A DNA stretch of 64,000 bases from Ignavibacteria bacterium (GTDB taxonomy: Bacteria; Bacteroidota; Ignavibacteria; Kapaibacteriales; UBA2268), in contig JBBIJO010000001.1 in NCBI GenBank assembly GCA_037445895.1, forward strand, positions 74,377 through 138,376. The letters are read 5' to 3'. Both the position numbers and the translations under genes were made by a program. Positions 46,785-56,985 of this stretch are shown one piece after another. The notes under the pieces are model-generated. The model had not been told where the DNA came from and searched no databases. It was given only the letters and a program-made list of their open reading frames with translations. The first letter of the stretch is position 1, and each line of letters starts with the position of its first letter.

Positions 46785-49019
46785 CTACGATTGGAACATT
46801 TTTTCAAACGAATTAAAATAAATATTCTTTAAATTTTCGATTGATATTTCGAAAGCCCCTTTTATAATGAAATTCGACTGTATTACCCTACCAATTTTTT
46901 GAATAGGAAGTGTATATTTATTTGCTAATTTTTCGACTTCTCGAGTTTTTTCGGGTGCAACAGAAATTATAACTCGTGTTTGCGATTCACCAAATAGTAA
47001 TTCAACCGAAGGCAATTCGTCGAAATCACATTCTACCCCTAACCCATCCGAAAATGCTATTTTTTCAGCAAGACAAACCGCAATCCCTCCTTCGCTACAA
47101 TCGTGAGCAGACTTAACCAATCCAGTTGCGATACCTTCAAGAAGGAATTTTTGAAGGTTAAGTTCTTCATCGAGGTTAATTGTTGGAGCATCTCCGGCTA
47201 CAACATTAAACATTTGTTTTATGAATTCCGAGCCTCCAAGTTCTTTTTTATTCGGTCCAATGAGGTAAACAAAATCGTCTTTGTCTTTAAATTCTAATGA
47301 ACAAATTTTATGAATGTTGTCAATCGTTCCTAACATACCAATAGTTGGTGTTGGGTATATTGTGAAATCTTTTGATTCGTTGTGAAAGCTAACATTTCCT
47401 CCGGTAACAGGAGTATTGAAAAACCTACAAGCATCGCCCATTCCCATAACAGCCTGCTTAAAAGTCCAGTAAACCTCTGGATTATATGGATTACCAAAAT
47501 TTAAGCAATTTGTAATGGCAATTGGTTTTGCACCAACACAAGCGAGATTACGTGCCGATTCTGCAACCGCAATAACGGCACCTCGATATGGATTTAGATA
47601 TACATAACGTGGATTGCAATCAGTCGTTAGTGCAATTCCTTTGCCCGGAAGTTCTTTTAAACGCAAAACAGCGGCATCTCCTTTTATATTCACAGTATTA
47701 GTTCGAACTTGGTAGTCATACTGTTCATAAATCCACCGTTTCGAAACTATATTCGGTGCAGAAAAGACTTTCCAAAAAGCTTCTTCGAGATTAATATTTT
47801 CACAGTTTAATTGTTTCAAATCAAAATTGTGTAACTCCAACAAGTATTTCGGCTCGACTGCTAACCTATCGTTCTGGGGAGCTTTTCCACCAAGGACCAA
47901 GAAATCGGCTTTAAACTCGCAAACTTTTCTCCCATCCTTCCAGATATGTAGAGTTCCATCATCGGTAACTTCTCCAATTTTTGCGATTGGAACGTCCCAT
48001 TTTTCACAGATTCTCGTTGCCTCGTCGATTTTATCTCGAAAGAAAACAAACAACATTCGTTCTTGTGACTCTGAAAGCATTATTTCATACGCATTCATAC
48101 CCATTTCTCGAAGTGGAACCTTGTCTAAATCGATTGACATACCCACTTTGCCTCGTGCACTCATTTCAGAAGTAGAGCAACTAATACCCGCTGCACCCAT
48201 ATCTTGAACACCAACAACAACACCAGCTTTAATCAATTCCAAAGTAACTTCGAGTAGAGATTTTTCGGTAAATGGATCCCCAACTTGAACAGTCGGACGC
48301 ATATCGTTACTGTTCTCATCAAATTCCCTTGAAGCAAGCAATGATGCACCATGAATCCCATCGCGACCAGTACTGCTTCCAACAATACAAACAGGATTTC
48401 CAGAACCTTTGGCACGCGCCAATGCAATTCTTGCAATTGGGACGATTCCAACTGCCATAACATTAACTAATGGGTTATCGTTATAACAAGTTTCAAAAAA
48501 GGTTTCGCCACCAACAGTGGGAACACCAAAACAATTCCCATAATGCGAAATACCCGAAACCACACCTTTTACAAGGAATTTTGTTCGTTCATTATCAATA
48601 TTGCCAAATCTTAATGAGTCTAAAACGGCAATAGGACGCGCACCCATCGAAAAAATATCGCGAAGTATGCCTCCGACACCAGTAGCAGCTCCTTGAAAAG
48701 GCTCGACCGCAGAAGGATGGTTATGACTTTCTATTTTGAAACAAATCGCATAGCCATTCCCAATATCAACAGCACCAGCATTTTCTTCTCCCGCTGTAAC
48801 AACAAGTTGCTGCCCTTCTCTTGGAAGTGTCTTCAACATTTTAATGGAGTTTTTGTAAGAACAATGTTCACTCCACATAACACCAAAGACTCCAATCTCG
48901 GTATAAGTAGGTATTCTTCCAAGTAGCGATAGAATTTGAGAGTATTCAGCATTTGTTAATCCACATTCTTCGGCAACTTTCTCGTTGACTTCGATTTCAC
49001 TAAACAATGAACTTTGCAT
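46785..49019 (-). CDS. purL: Phosphoribosylformylglycinamidine synthase subunit PurL
   Basis: MWSEHCSYK, KIESHNHPS, DMGAAG, SESQERM, NCLNFGNP, GGNVS. Confidence 0.97.
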   Translation of the reverse strand: MQSSLFSEIEVNEKVAEECGLTNAEYSQILSLLGRIPTYTEIGVFGVMWSEHCSYKNSIKMLKTLPREGQQLVVTAGEENAGAVDIGNGYAICFKIESHNHPSAVEPFQGAATGVGGILRDIFSMGARPIAVLDSLRFGNIDNERTKFLVKGVVSGISHYGNCFGVPTVGGETFFETCYNDNPLVNVMAVGIVPIARIALARAKGSGNPVCIVGSSTGRDGIHGASLLASREFDENSNDMRPTVQVGDPFTEKSLLEVTLELIKAGVVVGVQDMGAAGISCSTSEMSARGKVGMSIDLDKVPLREMGMNAYEIMLSESQERMLFVFFRDKIDEATRICEKWDVPIAKIGEVTDDGTLHIWKDGRKVCEFKADFLVLGGKAPQNDRLAVEPKYLLELHNFDLKQLNCENINLEEAFWKVFSAPNIVSKRWIYEQYDYQVRTNTVNIKGDAAVLRLKELPGKGIALTTDCNPRYVYLNPYRGAVIAVAESARNLACVGAKPIAITNCLNFGNPYNPEVYWTFKQAVMGMGDACRFFNTPVTGGNVSFHNESKDFTIYPTPTIGMLGTIDNIHKICSLEFKDKDDFVYLIGPNKKELGGSEFIKQMFNVVAGDAPTINLDEELNLQKFLLEGIATGLVKSAHDCSEGGIAVCLAEKIAFSDGLGVECDFDELPSVELLFGESQTRVIISVAPEKTREVEKLANKYTLPIQKIGRVIQSNFIIKGAFEISIENLKNIYFNSFEKMFQS

Positions 49020-49105
49020 ATTTTTTCAAAAAAATACAAAATTAATTCTTTTATACAATAAAATTACCAATGTTCGTCGAGCCATTTTTTATTAATGATA
49101 TTTTT

Positions 49106-49128
49106 AAAAAGTAAACTTTTTTAGTTTA
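49106..49128. promoter_or_regulatory. Candidate TetR operator
   Basis: Overlapping inverted repeats AAAAAGT-aa-ACTTTTT and TAAACT-ttttt-AGTTTA immediately upstream of the TetR start. Confidence 0.4.
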
Positions 49129-49136
49129 ATAAGTTT

Positions 49137-49784
49137 ATGGGAACCCAACGAAAAAAAATTGTTAGAAGAATAATTAACAATGCAAAAGAAGAGTTCATAG
49201 CCCGTGGCTATAAAGAAACCAATGTCGATGATTTAGCTAAAGCAAGTGGTATTAGCAAAGCAACATTATATAAATATATTACAAACAAAGAGCAGTTATA
49301 TATCAAATGTCTTACTGAGCATATTAACGAGTTTGGCGCAACCTTTACAAAATTTGCAAAAGAGATTATGAAAGTTGATGAAGCGACATTCTTCTCGAAA
49401 TTTTTTGCAATCATAGAAATTTCGTCGAAATATTTAGAAACAACAAATAAGATTTGCAGCGACGAAGAGAAAAAAAGATTTCCAGATTTAGCAAAAAAGC
49501 TGCAAATTTTCGCTTCGAAACAAATCGAAACTAATTACAACAATTTTTTAAACAAAGGAAAGGAGTTGGGATTAATCAAAAAAGAAGTAGATGACATAAT
49601 ATTATTTCATATAATCAATTATTCTTTAATGAACTTATCCGTATTACATTCTAAACTATTGCATAAATTTTCGGCAACTCAATTGCTTTACAAATACTTT
49701 ACAATAATATTTAAAGGAATATTAAATGAAAAAGCATTTCCTATTTATAATCAACAAATAAAAGAAATAATCTATGAATATTAA
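49137..49784 (+). CDS. TetR/AcrR family regulator
   Basis: GYKETNVDDLAKASGISKATLYKY HTH. Confidence 0.9.
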   Translation: MGTQRKKIVRRIINNAKEEFIARGYKETNVDDLAKASGISKATLYKYITNKEQLYIKCLTEHINEFGATFTKFAKEIMKVDEATFFSKFFAIIEISSKYLETTNKICSDEEKKRFPDLAKKLQIFASKQIETNYNNFLNKGKELGLIKKEVDDIILFHIINYSLMNLSVLHSKLLHKFSATQLLYKYFTIIFKGILNEKAFPIYNQQIKEIIYEY

Positions 49785-51189
49785 GAAAAAATATTTATTA
49801 TGTAAAATATTATATCTTTTTATATTTCAATTTATTTTGCTGAATAATTTATTTTGTAAAAATATAGAATTAACCATTAATGATGCAATATTATTAGCTA
49901 TTTCAAATAATAAAGAATTAAAAATTCAGCAATATAATATCGAAAAGGCAGAATCTTTGGTTAGAGAAGCCCGAGGTAATGCTTTCCCTTCGTTCGATTT
50001 TAGCGGCTCTTTTTATCATTATATCCAAAAACCGATTTTCTTTTTCCCCGATTTCCAAGCAATGCTAACTAATGCAACATACGACATATTGTTTAAGGAG
50101 AACCTGCTCCCCGAGGATAAATCTAAATTTTTACCAATGGGTTTAATTCGGCAATCTTTTGTATTAGACAATCAATTTGAGACAAAATTACAAGTTACCC
50201 AAGTGCTATTTAACTCGGCAGTATTTCGTGGCATCACCGCCTCGAAAATATACCTCGAAATTTCAAAATCTAGTTACCAATCTACCCTATCGAATCTTAT
50301 TGCGACCACAAAAAAAATTTTTTATGGAATTGTCCTTGCAAAAAATATGTTTCAAATCTACGAAGAAAGTTTACAGAACGCCAAAGAAAATTTAGAGCTA
50401 ATAAAGTCGCTACATTCGCAAGGATTAGTCTCTGATTTCGATTTGATGCAAGCAGAAGTACAAGTCGAGAATTTGATTCCAGTTGTCCAAAATATGAAAA
50501 ACCAATACGAAAATTCAATCAATTCTCTGAAAGTGATTTTAGACATTCCTATTAACGACTCAATACGTGTTATTGGAAACTTAGAGTATACCGATTACAA
50601 CCTTTCAACACCGGATGAGTTAATCCAACAAGGAATAAAAAACAATTGTAATATACAAACCCTTGAATATCAAAGCAAAGTAAATAAGGAAATGGTTGCT
50701 TTATATCGTTCCGAAAATTATCCTTCGGTTGTTGCTTTTGGAAATTACTCATTTGCAGGACAATCGGACAATTTAAAATTCAATACATATTCTCAGTCGA
50801 TTGTAGGATTACAATTGAATTTAAACCTTTTCAATGGCTTTCAAACAAGCAACCGTATTCAACAAGCAACGATAGAATATCAACAGACGGAAGAACAGCT
50901 CCACCAACTTAAAGCATTTGTAGCTAAAACAATACAAGAAAAAATTAATGAATTTAATAAAGCAAAATCTCAGATTCAAACCCAACAGCGAAATATAGAG
51001 CTTGCACAAAAAGCCTACGAAATTGCCCAAAAAAGATACAAAGAAGGAACATCGATTCAACTCGAGGTAAAAAATGCCGAACTCGAGTTACGCCAAGCAA
51101 AGATTAACCTACAGCAATCAATATACGAATATTTAAATGCAAAAATTGATATTGATAACATTTTAGGAAACATTAATTATGAAGAATAA
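49774..51189 (+). CDS. TolC family outer-membrane efflux protein
   Basis: LTINDAILLAISNN, two OEP repeats, and operon context. Confidence 0.88.
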   Translation: MNIKKKYLLCKILYLFIFQFILLNNLFCKNIELTINDAILLAISNNKELKIQQYNIEKAESLVREARGNAFPSFDFSGSFYHYIQKPIFFFPDFQAMLTNATYDILFKENLLPEDKSKFLPMGLIRQSFVLDNQFETKLQVTQVLFNSAVFRGITASKIYLEISKSSYQSTLSNLIATTKKIFYGIVLAKNMFQIYEESLQNAKENLELIKSLHSQGLVSDFDLMQAEVQVENLIPVVQNMKNQYENSINSLKVILDIPINDSIRVIGNLEYTDYNLSTPDELIQQGIKNNCNIQTLEYQSKVNKEMVALYRSENYPSVVAFGNYSFAGQSDNLKFNTYSQSIVGLQLNLNLFNGFQTSNRIQQATIEYQQTEEQLHQLKAFVAKTIQEKINEFNKAKSQIQTQQRNIELAQKAYEIAQKRYKEGTSIQLEVKNAELELRQAKINLQQSIYEYLNAKIDIDNILGNINYEE

Positions 51190-52243
51190 TTTAAAAAGAA
51201 AAAATCGGTTGATTAATCTATCACCATTCATTTTTATTCTTTTGTTTATTGTTTTTTTTGGTTGTTCAGCGAAAAATAAAGAAATTGAATCTAAAAAATT
51301 AGAGGACATTCAAAAAGAGACAGGTATCCCTATTAGAATAAAGATTGTTGAACCAGAAAGATTCGAAAAAAGCGTTTCTTTTTACTCTACTATAATGGGA
51401 ATAAAAGAATCCACTAAAACAAGTCCAATTTCGGATAAAGTTGAAAAAATCTATTTTAAAGCAGGTCAGTATGTTAAGGAGAAACAAATTGTTGTAAAGT
51501 TTCCTACCGATAATCCGGCGTTGCAATTTGAACAAGCAAAAATTGCATTCGAGAATATGCAAAAAACTTATAACCGAATGAAAGAACTCCTCAAAACAGG
51601 CGAAACATCTCAACAAAATTATGACAATATTGAAGCTCAATACCTTGTTGCTAAAAGGAATTATGAATCCTTAAAACAAATGATATTTGTCGAAGCTCCC
51701 ATTTCCGGTATTGTTTCGAATATTTATACCACCGAAGGAGAGCAAATAGAATCCGGAAAACCACTTTTTACCGTAAGCGTATTAGATAGAGTGCGTGCTA
51801 TTGCGTGGGCAAATGAAAAAGAAATTCAGTATTTGCGAATTGGAATGAAAGGCAAAATATTATGGAATTCGAGCGAATTCCCTTGCTACATAAGTTCCGT
51901 TTCACTCAAAATGGATGAAAAAACGAAAGGATTCAGAGTTGAATTCGAAGCAAGTAACCCAAAGTTGACATTGAAAAGCGGTGTAACAGTCGAAATTCAA
52001 GTCCCGATCTATACCAATAACAATTCAATAACGATTCCCAATTATCTGATCTTTAAAGAAAACGATGGGATAACTTATATTTGGATTGAAAATAATGGCA
52101 TAGCAGAAAAGCGAGTTGTAACTCTCGGAAATAGTAATGGCAATCAAGTAGAAGTTACTTCGGGATTAAACCGAGGGGAAAGGCTTATCGTAGAAGGCAA
52201 CTCCTTGCTTACTCCGAACATTAAAGTTAAAGTTATCGACTAA
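51179..52243 (+). CDS. RND efflux periplasmic adaptor (MFP) lipoprotein
   Basis: Lipobox FFG-C, APISGIV, GLNRGERLIVEG. Confidence 0.88.
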   Translation: MKNNLKRKNRLINLSPFIFILLFIVFFGCSAKNKEIESKKLEDIQKETGIPIRIKIVEPERFEKSVSFYSTIMGIKESTKTSPISDKVEKIYFKAGQYVKEKQIVVKFPTDNPALQFEQAKIAFENMQKTYNRMKELLKTGETSQQNYDNIEAQYLVAKRNYESLKQMIFVEAPISGIVSNIYTTEGEQIESGKPLFTVSVLDRVRAIAWANEKEIQYLRIGMKGKILWNSSEFPCYISSVSLKMDEKTKGFRVEFEASNPKLTLKSGVTVEIQVPIYTNNNSITIPNYLIFKENDGITYIWIENNGIAEKRVVTLGNSNGNQVEVTSGLNRGERLIVEGNSLLTPNIKVKVID

Positions 52244-52260
52244 GAAGAAGGAGCCATTAT

Positions 52261-55200
52261 ATGTTTCTACCAAAAATTGCGACAAGCCGTCCCGTTTTAA
52301 CAACTACAATTATTTTTGTGTGCGTTTTCTTTGGCATTTTGGCTTACTTCAGGCTAAATTTAGATATAAATCCAGAAGTTGAAATACCCTATATCACTAT
52401 TTCGACAATTTACCCTGGTGCAGGTCCGAAGGAAATTGAAAATTTAGTTACAAAAAAAATCGAGGATGAAATTTCAACAATTTCTGGAATCGAGCGCATA
52501 GAGTCATACTCGTTGGAAGGGGTTTCTATCGTAATTATTGAATTCAAACTCGGAAAAAACGTTGACGTTGCTAATCGTGAAGTAAAAGACCAGGTGGACA
52601 AAATTCTTAATAAACTTCCTTCGGATGCACAAAAGCCAATCATACAAAAAGTTGACCTTCAAGCATTTCCAATCATTGAATTGGTAGTTTCGGGGAATCG
52701 TTCCCCAATAGAATTATACGAATTAGCAGATAAAACCATTAGAGAAAGGCTTTCGCAAATCCCTGGGGTTGCAAGTGTAGAAATTACAGGAGGTCAGGAA
52801 CGAGAAATCCGCATTCAGTTTGATAATCGTATGGTTTTCGAAAATGCAATTTCTTTGCCTCAGATGCTTCAAATACTTAAAACAAATAATTTGGATATTC
52901 CAGGAGGTTCTTTCCAATTTGGCAAGGAAGAATTTACTGTGCGAGTGAAAGGCGAATACAATTCATTGCAGGCACTGAAAGATTTAAGAGTACCTACGCC
53001 TTATGGACCTAAGCAACTCGGGCAAATTGCGACTATTGCTGATACAGGAAAGGATATTCGAGAAAGAGCTACGTTTTTCGATAATCAAACAAAAACAAGG
53101 AATGAAAATGTAGTTAGAATATCCATCGTGAAGTCTGCTGATGCGAATGCGGTGAAGATCTCCGAGTTAGTATCCGAGCTCCTTCCCGAAATTCAAAGCA
53201 ATTTATCAAATGTAACTATTCGAAAAGTGTCGGATGCTGCCGATTTCACTCGAAGCACATTCAATGATACAATGAGCAATATCTATTTAGGAATATTTTT
53301 TACAGGCGTTGTTCTTTTCCTTTTTTTGTTTAACTGGCGCTCCACAGTTATCGTTGGGATTACTATGCCAGTTTCAATTGCTTCAACTTTCCTTTTGTTT
53401 CAAGCAGCAGATATGACTCTCAACGTTCTTTCGCTTATGGGCATTAGCGTTTCAATTGGTGTTCTTGTCGCAAATTCTATTGTTGTATTAGAGAATATAT
53501 TCCGATATAGGATGCTCGGATATTCTTCGAAAGAGTCAGCTCTTTTAGGAACCAACGAAGTTGTTGTAGCTGTTTTAGCTGCGACATTGACTAATATTAT
53601 CGTATTTCTTCCTATTGCTAATATGTCGTCTATTGTTGGTCAATTTTTGCGAGATCTTGCTTTAGCAGCGACATTTGCTACTCTATTCTCTCTGTTTTAC
53701 TCTTTTACCCTAACTCCTATGCTTTCATCGATTTTGTTGCCAGACCAAGAAAAAGAAACAAAGCTCGATAAATTTGCCCATAAATTAGAACAAACGCTTA
53801 TAAGCTGGTATTCTTATGCCTTGAGATTCGTTTTAAAAAACAAATTAACAAGTATTATTACTATTATAGGAATTTTTGTTATCTTCTTTCTTGTAATGAT
53901 ATTAATAACACCAAGGCTTGGATATGAATTTATGCCAAGTATGGATAACAGCGAAATTAGTATTGATGTTGAGCTTCCGCAAGGATTTAATTTAGAAACA
54001 ACCGCAAATAAGATTCGCGAGATAGAAGACAAAATCAAAAAACATAAAGAAATACAAACGATTATCACAAATATTGGGAAAAAAGATAATTTAAATACTG
54101 GCTCTAATCTTGCTCGTATTGATATTAAATTGTGCGAACCCGACAAACGCACTATCTCTATTCAAGGAATGATTGCCTTGTTAATAAAGGACCTTGCAGA
54201 TGTTCCAAACGTTAAACTCAACGTTAAACAGCTGGAGTCAATGGGAGGAGGTGCCGAAGCTCCTGTCCAATTCTACCTTTGTGGTCAAGAAATAGATACC
54301 CTCGAAAAATACAAGGATGTAGTTGTCGGAAAAATCAAAGCTACCCCAGGATTAATTAATTTCGATAACAGTTCGCGTTTAGGCAAACAAGAAATTACTA
54401 TTTACCCACGTAGAGAGTTATTGACCGAATCTGGTTTAACAATTACCGATATAGCGTATACCATTCGAGCATCGATCGAGGGGATTGAATCAACATCTTA
54501 TCGCGATAAAGGGAACGAATTCGATATTACTGTCACTCTCGACGATAGCAATGTTAACACACCAGAGAAGATTGGCAATATAACCATCGTTTCGCCTTTT
54601 GGTTCGTATCGTCTTTCCCAATTAGCAGACATTCAAATCAATCCTGGCGTTTCGCGAATACTCCATCGAGACAAGCTAAAAGTAATTATGTTCTCTGGTT
54701 CGAATGCACCAGGCTACCCACTTGGCAACGTAACTCAAGAAGTCGAAAAACGAATGAAGGAAATTCAACTCCCCCAAGGATACTCGTTTAAGTGGACTGG
54801 CGATGTAAAAATGATGAACGAGATGGTAAAAGATATGCTATTAGCTTTCGTTATTGCTACTTTTTTGACTTATATGCTATTGGCTGCAATTCTTGAAAGC
54901 TTCATCCAACCTATTTATATAATGATTACTTTGCCTTTGGGGCTGATCGGAGTTGTGTTAATTATGTATTTCACAGGGACAACTTTCAACCTTACTTCTT
55001 TGATGGGTGTAGTGATGCTGATAGGTTTAGTTGTAAATAATGCTATTTTAATACTAGATTACACTAATCAGTTAATACGCGAGAAAGGATTCCGAGTGAA
55101 AGACGCTATCTTGGAAGCCGCACCTCTCAAACTTAAACCTCAAATTATGTCTACGACTGCATTAATCTTAGGTATGCTTCCTATGGCATTGCAGATAGGC

Positions 55201-55329
55201 GAGTCTGGTAAAGAAATCCGTGCACCGCTTGGAGTAGTTTCAATTGGTGGGCTACTTGCTTCAACAATCCTAACGTTATTTATTGTTCCAGCATTCCTTT
55301 ATGTTTTTTCGAGAAAAAAGAAAAAATAA
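52261..55329 (+). CDS. RND efflux transporter permease (AcrB/HAE1-like)
   Basis: RPV, YPGAGPKEIE, SIVVLENI, TLTPML, NAIL, PMAL and GGL. 1022 aa with an AGGAG RBS. Confidence 0.92.
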   Translation: MFLPKIATSRPVLTTTIIFVCVFFGILAYFRLNLDINPEVEIPYITISTIYPGAGPKEIENLVTKKIEDEISTISGIERIESYSLEGVSIVIIEFKLGKNVDVANREVKDQVDKILNKLPSDAQKPIIQKVDLQAFPIIELVVSGNRSPIELYELADKTIRERLSQIPGVASVEITGGQEREIRIQFDNRMVFENAISLPQMLQILKTNNLDIPGGSFQFGKEEFTVRVKGEYNSLQALKDLRVPTPYGPKQLGQIATIADTGKDIRERATFFDNQTKTRNENVVRISIVKSADANAVKISELVSELLPEIQSNLSNVTIRKVSDAADFTRSTFNDTMSNIYLGIFFTGVVLFLFLFNWRSTVIVGITMPVSIASTFLLFQAADMTLNVLSLMGISVSIGVLVANSIVVLENIFRYRMLGYSSKESALLGTNEVVVAVLAATLTNIIVFLPIANMSSIVGQFLRDLALAATFATLFSLFYSFTLTPMLSSILLPDQEKETKLDKFAHKLEQTLISWYSYALRFVLKNKLTSIITIIGIFVIFFLVMILITPRLGYEFMPSMDNSEISIDVELPQGFNLETTANKIREIEDKIKKHKEIQTIITNIGKKDNLNTGSNLARIDIKLCEPDKRTISIQGMIALLIKDLADVPNVKLNVKQLESMGGGAEAPVQFYLCGQEIDTLEKYKDVVVGKIKATPGLINFDNSSRLGKQEITIYPRRELLTESGLTITDIAYTIRASIEGIESTSYRDKGNEFDITVTLDDSNVNTPEKIGNITIVSPFGSYRLSQLADIQINPGVSRILHRDKLKVIMFSGSNAPGYPLGNVTQEVEKRMKEIQLPQGYSFKWTGDVKMMNEMVKDMLLAFVIATFLTYMLLAAILESFIQPIYIMITLPLGLIGVVLIMYFTGTTFNLTSLMGVVMLIGLVVNNAILILDYTNQLIREKGFRVKDAILEAAPLKLKPQIMSTTALILGMLPMALQIGESGKEIRAPLGVVSIGGLLASTILTLFIVPAFLYVFSRKKKK

Positions 55330-55453
55330 TTTGTTTTAAATGATAGTAAAGTAAACAGCTAAAAAATGTTTTACTCTAACGCTTCTTTTGTTCGAACTAA
55401 TGAAAAAGGCAAATAATGAAATTTGTGCGAAAATCGGATTGGGAATCACTCGT

Positions 55454-56863
55454 TTAAAAATACAAATCCCTTTCACCTTTTTCGATTCTTTCCAAAAATT
55501 GTAATGTTTTCGAACGAACTTTATGGTTTGGAATCTTTTGCAATTCAGATTGTATCAACTCGTTGCCAAGTTGTTTTGTCTTTTTATCGGCATAATCTTC
55601 CAAATATTCTTTTAAAGTGGTTAACCCATTGGGAAGACAGTGAATTTTTATCAGCCCTGGTTTTGCCAAGTCCATAAAGTCGCCTCCCACCCTACCAACA
55701 CGATAACAAGCTGTACAAAACGATGGAACAAATCCCATTTTAATAACGTCATAAATTACTTCGCCCGAACTTCGGCAGTCGTTTAGAGTAAACTGCCCTG
55801 CTTCCCTATCGCTTTGATGATAATCGAAAGCTTGTTTATAGCCACCGACAGAAGTTTTAGAACCAGCACTAATTTGCGAAACTCCTAAATTGAACAATTC
55901 ATTCCTCAAATGTGATGGTTCGCGTGTAGAAAGAATCATACCAGTATATGGAACAGCAATTCTCAACACGGCAACAAGCTTTTTGAAATCAATATCGCTT
56001 ATCGCATACTTAACGTTGTAGGAAGCGGGTGCATTTGGGGCTGGTTTGACCCTTGGAATTGAAATAGTGTGTGGTCCTATCTCATACACACTATCTAAGT
56101 GCTGTGAATGAGAAATTAAAGCAAGAACTTCGAATCTATAATCGAAAAGTCCAAACAAAGCCCCAATCCCAACGTCATGCATACCATTTGATAATGCTCT
56201 ATCCATTGTATAAAGTCGCCAATCATAATCGGACTTTTTACCCTTCGGATGCATTCTCTTGTATGTTTCGCGATGATATGTCTCTTGGAAAACTGTATAA
56301 GTTCCGACTGGGACCTCGCTAAAACGTTTAAACTCGTCTTCGCTCAAAGGGGCTATTTCTACATTAATTCGGCGAATTGTGCTTCCTTTGTCGTCCGAAA
56401 CAGAATATATGGCATAAATTGAGTTGACAAAGTAATCCAACGAACACTCCCGATGGTTCTCGCCCATCAAAAGAAGTATTCTTTTATGCCCTTGCTCGAG
56501 GATTAATTTTGTTTCATCTTTGATTTCATCTATTGTTAATACTTTCCTTTCAATTTGCTTATTCTGAACTCTAAATCCACAATACAAACAATTATTTGAA
56601 CAATAATTTGAAATGTAAAGTGGAGCGAACAATACTAATCGATTCCCGTAAATTTCGTCTTTAATTTTCCCAGCAGTATAAAAAATTTTCTCAATGTCAT
56701 TGGGATTTACAACATTCAATAATACCGCTGCTTCGTTTAAATCGAGGCCTTGCAACTCTAAAGCTTTTTGCAATATCTCATCGACATATTTCGAATCGGT
56801 AGTATGTTTCGGCTCTAATAAGCCAAAAATATAATTTTCATTTATAAAAGTTTTATATTTCAT
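55454..56863 (-). CDS. hydG: [FeFe]-hydrogenase H-cluster radical SAM maturase HydG
   Basis: LFAPLYISNYCSNNCLYC, FQETYH, GPHTIS, and C-terminal CTAC-X22-C auxiliary cluster motif. Confidence 0.92.
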   Translation of the reverse strand: MKYKTFINENYIFGLLEPKHTTDSKYVDEILQKALELQGLDLNEAAVLLNVVNPNDIEKIFYTAGKIKDEIYGNRLVLFAPLYISNYCSNNCLYCGFRVQNKQIERKVLTIDEIKDETKLILEQGHKRILLLMGENHRECSLDYFVNSIYAIYSVSDDKGSTIRRINVEIAPLSEDEFKRFSEVPVGTYTVFQETYHRETYKRMHPKGKKSDYDWRLYTMDRALSNGMHDVGIGALFGLFDYRFEVLALISHSQHLDSVYEIGPHTISIPRVKPAPNAPASYNVKYAISDIDFKKLVAVLRIAVPYTGMILSTREPSHLRNELFNLGVSQISAGSKTSVGGYKQAFDYHQSDREAGQFTLNDCRSSGEVIYDVIKMGFVPSFCTACYRVGRVGGDFMDLAKPGLIKIHCLPNGLTTLKEYLEDYADKKTKQLGNELIQSELQKIPNHKVRSKTLQFLERIEKGERDLYF

Positions 56864-56932
56864 TTTTAAAAATACTTTTCAAACAATAGAGACGAATCAA
56901 AAAATAAATATTAAAACACATTCGATACAAAT

Positions 56933-56959
56933 AAAAAGCCCAACCTTTTCGGTTGGGCT
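56933..56959 (-). terminator. Rho-independent terminator after the large secreted protein
   Basis: Minus strand AGCCCAACC-gaaaa-GGTTGGGCT followed by TTTT. Confidence 0.8.
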
Positions 56960-56985
56960 ATATCGAAAGAAATGAACTCGAAGAG

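Noticed and set aside
55454-56863. ThiH instead of HydG
   Set aside because: The 469-aa length and C-terminal CX2CX22C motif are diagnostic of HydG.
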